Positions 32,822 to 38,627 of a stretch of DNA of 38,627 nt are shown here, one piece after another. Source of the DNA: an uncultured Ruminococcus sp. Lineage in GTDB: Bacteria > Bacillota > Clostridia > Oscillospirales > CAG-272. Numbering within the stretch: the first letter of the stretch is position 1; the number at the start of each line of letters is the position of its first letter. Location of the stretch: contig CAZPPN010000001.1 in the NCBI GenBank assembly GCA_964588425.1, positions 1 to 38,627 of the forward strand, given 5' to 3'. The position numbers and the translations under genes are program-made. The notes beneath the pieces were generated by a model. That model saw nothing but the letters and a program-made list of their open reading frames with translations. It did not search any database and was not told the origin of the DNA.

Positions 32822-32827
32822 TTTGCC

Positions 32828-33166
32828 TCACCATTCCACATTGTCATCAATTCTCAAACCGCGCTCAATAGCAAACAGATCACGCGCCTGCTCAAGATAA
32901 TAATAAACCTGCCGCTCCGATAACGGCACATCTAAAGCAAATCGCAAAGCTCTCGCCGAATACTCACCCCGTGTCACCTTTCTCCATGGATCGACCATGT
33001 AAACAGCCCGAACCGCAGAACATACCAGTTCACGTCCGGAATTGTTTAACTTCCGGAAAACTGTCTCGCATGCCCGAATATCTTCAAGCCCTGCACGCGC
33101 TTTCTCCACTTCCGCCTCTGCATATTGTTCCGCCTTTTGCGGATCAATTCCCCACGCTTTTGCCAA
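32828..33166 (-). CDS. Putative late-gene transcriptional regulator (ArpU/RinA/sigma-r4-like); start uncertain
   Basis: Last gene of the early operon. C-terminal SERQVYYYLEQARDLFAIERGL HTH-like segment. The frame stays open upstream to about 33318. Confidence 0.45.
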   Translation of the reverse strand: MAKAWGIDPQKAEQYAEAEVEKARAGLEDIRACETVFRKLNNSGRELVCSAVRAVYMVDPWRKVTRGEYSARALRFALDVPLSERQVYYYLEQARDLFAIERGLRIDDNVEW

Positions 33167-33322
33167 TGCCTTTTTGCGTATCCTCTCGATAGCCTCATCA
33201 TAAGTCGGACACCCATGCCGCGCCCAAAATATAAATGCACTTGTCGCATAGTCTCTCAGTGCGTCTTTTTTCGTATTGCTTCCACTCCTTTTCTGCCGAA
33301 AGTCAGCCTTATCCCCTGTTTA

Positions 33323-33772
33323 TCAAACAAGCGTGACAACAAAACCGTATTTCTCATACAGCATCTTTGATTTGTTGATAAATACCCGCGTCTTCGTTCC
33401 CTCGGTCTTCACGTCCTCAACGATAAACTCACCCGAAGATTTTATGTAATACGAAAAGTCAGCCCGATACCGCTGAGCCTTAACAAGCCGACCGTCAGGT
33501 AACCGGTAACTTTCGCTGATCGTAAACTCCGGCTGCAGCTTTAATCTCTCAATCTCACCCGTCCCCAAACGGATCATCAACACTTGATACCTCTCAGCCT
33601 CACGCATGGAATCAAACTTCACGTCCCCGACAAAAGTCACCCTGTTGCCGTATTTTTTTCGGCTCGATGGTTCTTTGCCTGAAAAGTCAGCCGTATACCC
33701 CTCTTTTTCAAGCTGTTTCTTTACTCTTTCCCTCAACTTCTCAGGCATATCGTTTATTGATTCGTATCGCAT
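33323..33772 (-). CDS. DUF1064-family protein (resolvase/nuclease-like)
   Basis: KYGNRVTFVGDVKFDSMREAERYQVL...LQPEF...YRADFSY. GAGGAGGTGAGAGG precedes the ATG at 33772. Confidence 0.8.
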   Translation of the reverse strand: MRYESINDMPEKLRERVKKQLEKEGYTADFSGKEPSSRKKYGNRVTFVGDVKFDSMREAERYQVLMIRLGTGEIERLKLQPEFTISESYRLPDGRLVKAQRYRADFSYYIKSSGEFIVEDVKTEGTKTRVFINKSKMLYEKYGFVVTLV

Positions 33773-33776
33773 CCTC

Positions 33777-34544
33777 TCACCTCCTCGCATACTTCGCAAG
33801 ATTCGCCCCGTCAGGCTTGTACATCACAAACGTCATGTAATACGTCCCGTTCACAGGATTTTTCACGATCTTCGGGAACTCACTCAGATAATACCCCGGA
33901 TATCTGTCCGCAAAAAACTTGTGCGGAGATCCTGCATCATCAATATCGCAAAGATCACGCTTGCTCCATTGGTTTTTGTCTGCCTTTTCTTCCGGCTTTC
34001 TGAGATTACGTGATCCGCTCCATCTGCGCTCACCCACATGACGTTGATCCGCTATGTATGCCGATAAATCCACAACACCGCACTCGTCAAATTCGAGTTC
34101 CTTGTAATTCAGTCGACCCATTCCCCACGCCGCTTTGATCTCATCCTTGCTCACACCGCCGGAGAATATAAAATGCAGATGCAGTCTGCCCTTTTCCTCA
34201 CCGTACGCACGGATACAGATCCACTTGAATTCACATCCGGCTTTTTTGTATAACCGAGCCACACGCTGAATATAATTTCTTATGTCTTTCTCAAATCGCT
34301 CTTTGCTGTCGGGATAACAAGCATCGGAATATGTCGGATCAAAGCTGTATGAGTTCCTGTCAAAGTTCTCGTGAATCAGCCATGTGAGATATTCACGAGA
34401 ATGGCGTTCGTTGAGCTTCTTCTGTACATCAGAGGATTCACGAAATTTGCCGCGTCTTGCTCCGGCTTTGCGATAAGTGCCGTATACTACCCCAAATAAC
34501 ATCTCCCCGGCACTCACGGTCTTGCCCTTGTATTTACACTGCAT
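33777..34544 (-). CDS. HUH-type rolling-circle replication initiator-like protein
   Basis: Motif I-like SFDPTYSD, HUH motif GRLHLHFIFSG, Tyr motif DLSAYIADQ, then WSGSRNLRKP. GGGAGGAATGGAAG precedes the ATG at 34544. Confidence 0.55.
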   Translation of the reverse strand: MQCKYKGKTVSAGEMLFGVVYGTYRKAGARRGKFRESSDVQKKLNERHSREYLTWLIHENFDRNSYSFDPTYSDACYPDSKERFEKDIRNYIQRVARLYKKAGCEFKWICIRAYGEEKGRLHLHFIFSGGVSKDEIKAAWGMGRLNYKELEFDECGVVDLSAYIADQRHVGERRWSGSRNLRKPEEKADKNQWSKRDLCDIDDAGSPHKFFADRYPGYYLSEFPKIVKNPVNGTYYMTFVMYKPDGANLAKYARR

Positions 34545-34595
34545 CTTCCATTCCTCCCATGTGTGTGAATTATTAAGATTACTTACAAGGTTCAA

Positions 34596-34613
34596 TTCGG
34601 GGCGAACCCCGAA
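34596..34613. other. GC hairpin TTCGGGG-(tetraloop)-CCCCGAA in the 125-nt gap upstream of the Rep-like gene
   Basis: Read directly. Flanked by an A/T run and an AT-rich stretch (tatatataatataat). Confidence 0.5.
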
Positions 34614-34669
34614 CGAACTTTTTTATTGTTTTTTCGTTACAGCACTATATATAATATAATGTAGATTTG

Positions 34670-34921
34670 TCATTCCCTCTCGGGTGATTTTTCTTTGTCG
34701 AGATCGTCCATTCTCGGACGCTTTCTCATATTCCATGCGTCTTTGGCTTTCTGTGATGCGGATTTACCACCCGTTTTTGATTTTTCAAAAAACTTTGTTG
34801 ATAATCCACACCGATTACAGTAAGCGCAGACATTCCCGAATCTGTCCCCTCTCAGTACCACATTGATAAATTCGCCGCAGCATGGACAGGCTTTGAGTCC
34901 GTAATAGTTTACTTCCATCAT
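34670..34921 (-). CDS. lar: Lar-family restriction alleviation protein-like zinc-ribbon protein
   Basis: LKACPCCG...CAYCNRCG...AKDAWNMRKRP matches the Lar pattern (CPFCG...C..CG...AWNRR). Confidence 0.65.
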   Translation of the reverse strand: MMEVNYYGLKACPCCGEFINVVLRGDRFGNVCAYCNRCGLSTKFFEKSKTGGKSASQKAKDAWNMRKRPRMDDLDKEKSPERE

Positions 34922-34932
34922 AATAAGTCACC

Positions 34933-35628
34933 TCATTTTGTTCGATTGTCCGTATACCGAATTTCATGATTCCCGCAAATCAGCTCCTCAGCATACGGCA
35001 GAGATTCCACCCATCTGCAGAACTCACGCCACTCCGCGAGCTTGTGATTCCGCCGCGCACGGTACATCCCATAGAGATTCTCATAATCCATCGTACACGT
35101 CCGCATCTGATTTAACGATGACGGCAGCAGCTGAATGATGTTGTCAAAATACGCCTCCTTTGCATCCCTGTCATTCTCCCGGTTGTACAGCGCAATGTTC
35201 TCGTTGATCTCGTCAATCGTGTATTTCAAGAGCTGTATCGCTCTCGTTGATGTGATCCTCTCTGCCGAAAAATCCTCCGATACCAGCGGCCTCGCGCAGA
35301 CCGTGTGCATCGTGGAACACGAATTCGCGACGGTGCCGACCTTGTATGTGTCGTATTCCTTCCACCAGTACAGCGGCGCGGTGATGTCAACCGACACAAA
35401 TATCTGCCGCATGAATTTGCGGTGATCCGATCCCGATCGCACAAGCCGCATCGCAAGATCAAGATCATCATCCCCCATGAAGAACGCAAAATGTGCCGTG
35501 TTCTCCGTTTCCGGATTCTCGATGTGCGACGAATAGCTGTCCGAGCGATCCCACGAGTTCATCGGATTTCTCATGCCCCTGATCGCGTTGTCCATGTTCA
35601 TTACGGATGTGCGTTCAAGTTTGATCAT
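34933..35628 (-). CDS. ThyX-fold (flavin-dependent thymidylate synthase-like) protein lacking the RHR...S.R signature
   Basis: By-eye alignment to T. maritima ThyX. [24 protein letters not shown] aligns with [51 protein letters not shown] aligns with [26 protein letters not shown]. The RHR position reads TYK. Confidence 0.55.
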   Translation of the reverse strand: [231 protein letters not shown]

Positions 35629-36184
35629 TTTCTTTTACCTCCCTTACCGTAAAATCGTCCCACTCCGGCTTGTTCTCCGTCGTCCATATACAGCACATCA
35701 GATTCCAGCAGACTGCGCGATCATGCCGCTCGTCCGTGTCCCCGCGCAGATACTTGAGGAAGTGCCGCAGAGCCGAATCTATGTAGCTGTGTACCGGAAT
35801 CCCCCTCTGCCAGTTGTGTTCGCCGTATTTTGCCGCACCTGCTTCAAAGTGCAAAGCCAGCTCGAGCAGCATATCAGACCAACCGTTCCACTCACGCCAG
35901 CCGATGAACGTCCACAATGCCGACTGCAAGTGTGCCGTATCACCATCCTCACGAAAGAGATGTATCTGCCGGAAGATGTTCGCGATGTCCGGTGATTCCC
36001 CGAGATATCGGTCGTAGATGTCGGCGATCACGTCAAGCGGCATGAGGTCACATCTGCCCTTTGCCTCACCCATGTCACGTACTGCCCCGGAAGCGAACGT
36101 GCGTCGGTGTCCGCTGTCGGGGAGGCTTGCGGAAAGATCAATGTCACACTCCCCATTGGTTGTTTTAATCCATTTGTTTTCCAT
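35615..36184 (-). CDS. MazG-like all-alpha NTP pyrophosphohydrolase (dATP/dGTP diphosphohydrolase-type domain)
   Basis: GAVRD..EAKGRCDLMP...LALHFEAGAAKYGEHNWQRGIP...SALRHFLKY pattern. AAGGAGAACGAAG precedes the ATG. Confidence 0.65.
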   Translation of the reverse strand: MENKWIKTTNGECDIDLSASLPDSGHRRTFASGAVRDMGEAKGRCDLMPLDVIADIYDRYLGESPDIANIFRQIHLFREDGDTAHLQSALWTFIGWREWNGWSDMLLELALHFEAGAAKYGEHNWQRGIPVHSYIDSALRHFLKYLRGDTDERHDRAVCWNLMCCIWTTENKPEWDDFTVREVKENDQT

Positions 36185-36353
36185 CTTCGTTCTCCTTCTC
36201 CGGTACCACGCCGATAATCCATTCGATGATATCTATCGTTCTGTTTATATCATCTACTTCACGGCTGTTCCCTTTAGCTTCCGCGCGTCCCAACGCAATG
36301 CGCTTTTTCTTCAGCTGCGTGTACAGCCACTTCAAGGCGATTTCATAATTCAT
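36165..36353 (-). CDS. Hypothetical small protein (62 aa)
   Basis: GGAGGGCGAAG precedes the ATG at 36353. Confidence 0.5.
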   Translation of the reverse strand: MNYEIALKWLYTQLKKKRIALGRAEAKGNSREVDDINRTIDIIEWIIGVVPEKENEDGKQMD

Positions 36354-36714
36354 CTTCGCCCTCCGTAATTTCGTTGATGTATTCCGCCATATCATCGTCT
36401 GCTTCCTTTTCTACTTCGTATCTGTCGCAGTATTCTCTTGCCGGACAGTCTTCATAATCGCAATCTTCCACGCATTGGAAGCCGCAATCTTTAACAAGAG
36501 CGATCCTGTCTTTGCTGTTGTACCAGTCCATTTCCATCTTGCCGTCTGAATAGTATTTATCCATCTGTGGTTCTCTGTGTACTTCGATGTCGCAAAACCC
36601 CGCATCCTCACACGCTTCTGTATGCATTGCTATTGATCTGGCTTTGCCCCGTGTATCCGCGAATACAACCGTTGCATATTCGCAGTCTCTTGCCCTAACT
36701 AACCACGCTTTCAT
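36343..36714 (-). CDS. Hypothetical Cys-rich acidic protein
   Basis: GGAGGGTGAAG precedes the ATG at 36714. Confidence 0.55.
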   Translation of the reverse strand: MKAWLVRARDCEYATVVFADTRGKARSIAMHTEACEDAGFCDIEVHREPQMDKYYSDGKMEMDWYNSKDRIALVKDCGFQCVEDCDYEDCPAREYCDRYEVEKEADDDMAEYINEITEGEDEL

Positions 36715-37150
36715 CTTCACCCTCCACAAGAATATATCCGTCATTATCCCATTCTGCGAGCGGCAAAGTTTCAACATTCGGAATGCTTTCAGCTATTTCA
36801 CACATTTTGCAAAATCTTTGATCCAATTGTTTGAACATACCCACGGCATACCCGGTTACAGCCTCTGTCAGTTGATAAGATCCATCATCTGTGATTCTAT
36901 CTGAAGTGAAAAACACCCGACCGTTAAACTCAATACGCTTTCCGTAACACTTGCATTTTCCGAGTTCCCCGTTTTTTGTTTTTACGCATTTATAATATTT
37001 TACACCATAATCGGGTTGGTTGTAGTATGGTTCTAAATCATTGCAACCACAGTCAAAACCATCTCCGACCGAAATATAAGATTTTGTGCAATGAAAATCC
37101 GTCATATCGCAATGTATACATTCCGTATTTCCGCATGATACAAGTGTCAT
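36695..37150 (-). CDS. Hypothetical Cys-rich protein (151 aa)
   Basis: GGGGGGAAGAGAA precedes the ATG at 37150, just after the SSB stop. Multiple CxxC/CxC pairs. Confidence 0.55.
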   Translation of the reverse strand: MTLVSCGNTECIHCDMTDFHCTKSYISVGDGFDCGCNDLEPYYNQPDYGVKYYKCVKTKNGELGKCKCYGKRIEFNGRVFFTSDRITDDGSYQLTEAVTGYAVGMFKQLDQRFCKMCEIAESIPNVETLPLAEWDNDGYILVEGEDESVVS

Positions 37151-37163
37151 TTCTCTTCCCCCC

Positions 37164-37616
37164 TCAGAACGGCAGGTCTTCATCATTGCCGATTTCCTCA
37201 AACTTCGGCGCATTCGTGTACTGCTCCGGTATATACGTCTGCTCTGCCGTTTCCGGGGATGTCACCTGTATGGGCATCTCATCCTTTGAGTCCACAAAAT
37301 ACGCCTCTTCCGCCACGATCTCCGTCGAATACCGCTTGTTCCCCTGCTGATCCGTCCATTGCCTGTTCTGCACCGTTCCGATGATGCAGATCGACGAAGC
37401 CTTGCGGAAATACCGCGTGATAAACTCCGCCGTGCCTCTCCATGCCTGTACGTTGAAGAAATCCGATGCCTGTGTCCCCTCTTTCGCCCTCGGTCTGTTC
37501 ACGGCAATTGTGAATGTGGTAACCGATATGCCGCTCGGTGTGGTTTTAAGCTCCGGATCGGCGGTCAGGCGTCCCCCGAGAATTATTTTGTTAAAATTGA
37601 AATTTGCCATTGTCAT
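37164..37616 (-). CDS. ssb: Single-stranded DNA-binding protein
   Basis: OB-fold N-terminus NKIILGGRLTADPELKTTPSGISVTTFTIAVNR and acidic tail DEDLPF. The start may be the ATG at 37610. Confidence 0.9.
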   Translation of the reverse strand: MTMANFNFNKIILGGRLTADPELKTTPSGISVTTFTIAVNRPRAKEGTQASDFFNVQAWRGTAEFITRYFRKASSICIIGTVQNRQWTDQQGNKRYSTEIVAEEAYFVDSKDEMPIQVTSPETAEQTYIPEQYTNAPKFEEIGNDEDLPF

Positions 37617-38296
37617 GATCTCCTTTTTGTATGTTTCTTGCTGATAATCTTACCGTATTCCTCAACCGTGATCCCGATCTTTTCAAGCTCCGATATGTTA
37701 TTCTCAGCATACCGCTTGTACAGTTCTTCGATGTCGCAGTCGCATTTCAGCCACGCTTCTACAAATGCATTGTATTCACTCCGCACAATTTTGTATAACC
37801 GATACAGCCGGACTTTCCCAAACCCCGGTCCACGGACGTACTCGAAGAGATTAAGCAGATATACTCGCACTATAACCTCCTCGTTCTTCGCCCACTCCAA
37901 TCGATTCCGGTGTATCGATTTCAGATCACTGTTCATGTATTTCGCCGTCAGCGGATCATGCCATACCGTCTCCTGCTCTGCCGCCCGGAAGTCAAAACCG
38001 CATTCTTTCAGATGAGACTGCATCATCCACATCGCGCTCTCGGCAGTGTCGCGTATCATGTCGGTGTCATCGTAGTCTACCCTGATCTCTCCCGTCGTGT
38101 CAGCCGCCATGCTCCGTACCATAACGTCGGATAAGGTCTCCTTTGTCTCGTCATACATCCGCTGTACAGCAGCCGCCGTCCATTTAAAATCCCGCCTGAG
38201 AGCCATCCCGGCTGCCGAATCAAGAACCGAAAGGAACAGCGCACCGACCCGATCCCGCGATTTTTTCGCCCGAGTCAGATCAACAGCACATTTCAT
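37613..38296 (-). CDS. Hypothetical early protein (227 aa)
   Basis: The ATG overlaps the upstream stop (TGATG). Confidence 0.6.
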   Translation of the reverse strand: MKCAVDLTRAKKSRDRVGALFLSVLDSAAGMALRRDFKWTAAAVQRMYDETKETLSDVMVRSMAADTTGEIRVDYDDTDMIRDTAESAMWMMQSHLKECGFDFRAAEQETVWHDPLTAKYMNSDLKSIHRNRLEWAKNEEVIVRVYLLNLFEYVRGPGFGKVRLYRLYKIVRSEYNAFVEAWLKCDCDIEELYKRYAENNISELEKIGITVEEYGKIISKKHTKRRS

Positions 38297-38627
38297 CAGT
38301 CTGTTACCTCCACAAACTCACCGTTCACGAGCTTGTACCATGTGTCAGCCTTGATCTTCTCGCCATCTACCTGTACAGACTGCAAGTCGGTTCTGTGCCA
38401 TTCACACTCAATCTCTTTCCACTCGGTCAGCACAAGCCAACCGCCGAGAGCCGCTTTTGCTTTGCTGTCGATTCCGAGCGCGATTGCAACGCCCTCATTG
38501 CCGGAGTTTACCGCCGCTGATCTGTAGCCGGAGTTTACCGCCGCTGAGCTGTAGCCGGAGTTTACCGCCGCTGAGCTGTTGCCGGAGTTTACCGCCGCTG
38601 ATCTGTAGCCGGAGTTTACCGCCGCTG
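38296..38627 (-). CDS. C-terminal part of the junction-spanning repeat protein (see 1..509)
   Basis: Frame ...SAAVNSGYR SAAVNSGNS SAAVNSGYS SAAVNSGYR SAAVNSGNE GVAIALGIDSKAKAALGGWLVLTEW...EFVEVTD, stopping at 38296-38298. Confidence 0.75.
   Translation of the reverse strand, partial: AAVNSGYRSAAVNSGNSSAAVNSGYSSAAVNSGYRSAAVNSGNEGVAIALGIDSKAKAALGGWLVLTEWKEIECEWHRTDLQSVQVDGEKIKADTWYKLVNGEFVEVTD
38498..38627. repeat. 27-bp coding tandem repeat, about 4.8 units; the last 49 nt duplicate nt 1..49
   Basis: Read directly. Confidence 0.9.

Larger units (their letters stand above)
1..38627. mobile_element. Complete temperate siphovirus-type phage genome (HK97-like head module, long-tail module, lysis cassette, serine integrase, repressor), circularly closed in this window
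   Basis: Full canonical module order TerS-TerL-portal-protease-MCP-connectors-MTP-G/GT-TMP-tail tip-fibres-holin-endolysin plus integrase/repressor. nt 1..49 are identical to 38579..38627. No host housekeeping genes. Confidence 0.9.

Noticed and set aside
34596-34640. Hairpin plus T-run as a plus-strand terminator
   Set aside because: No plus-strand gene ends here. The T-run is separated from the stem by several nt. An origin or leader structure for the minus-strand Rep-like gene is more plausible.
35615-36184. MazG-like dATP/dGTP pyrophosphohydrolase as evidence for a Z-base (2-aminoadenine) genome
   Set aside because: No PurZ/adenylosuccinate-synthetase-like ORF or DatZ-like HD phosphohydrolase is present anywhere in the genome.
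37359-38015. 218-aa plus-strand ORF (similar cases at 1381..2031, 2262..2756, 9926..10378 and 23183..23689)
   Set aside because: All lie antisense to minus-strand genes that have clear RBSs and recognisable domains. Their Ser/Arg/Cys-rich, low-complexity translations indicate shadow ORFs.
1-38627. tRNA, rRNA, tmRNA, CRISPR, transposase/IS or reverse-transcriptase (DGR/retron) features
   Set aside because: I looked through the larger intergenic regions (7070-7440, 12935-13125, 31483-31590, 32283-32470, 34545-34670) and the ORF list. I saw no cloverleaf-like sequences, spaced repeats, DDE/transposase or RT motifs. This was a visual scan only, so it is not exhaustive.

Overview
The window is best read as one complete temperate tailed-phage genome from a Gram-positive, probably Clostridia-like, host. 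All family assignments are by-eye motif recognition; no searches were run.

**Genome form.** The first 49 nt are identical to the last 49 nt. The true circle is therefore about 38,578 bp, and one gene spans the junction.

**Minus strand, read from high to low coordinates.**
- Early/replication operon: Cro-like small gene, DnaD-like replisome organizer, radical SAM enzyme, SSB, MazG-like NTP pyrophosphohydrolase, degenerate ThyX-like protein, Lar, HUH rolling-circle Rep, DUF1064.
- A regulatory node with three operators.
- Classical HK97-type late operon: RHH protein, HNH endonuclease, TerS, TerL, portal, ClpP-like protease, major capsid, connectors, major tail protein, G/GT chaperone with a -1 frameshift, tape measure, tail tip, fibres, holin, M23+SLH endolysin.

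**Plus strand (lysogeny and accessory genes).**
- Two paralogous tail-anchored proteins.
- An XRE repressor.
- A membrane-anchored coiled-coil DEDDh exonuclease.
- An HTH/coiled-coil protein.
- A large serine recombinase.
- A Panacea (PanA)-type toxin-antitoxin pair.

**Cargo block.** An eight-gene block (10000-12934) lies between the att/int end and the lysis cassette.

**Most interesting observations.**
- A duplicated convergent cassette in which ~35-aa hydrophobic peptide ORFs share a conserved 5' block (type I TA-like).
- A translationally coupled trio of Cys-rich protein, 2-TM protein and radical SAM enzyme.
- The PanA pair.
- The Lar/ThyX-like/MazG-like nucleotide module.
- The membrane-anchored exonuclease.

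No tRNA, rRNA or CRISPR array was seen.
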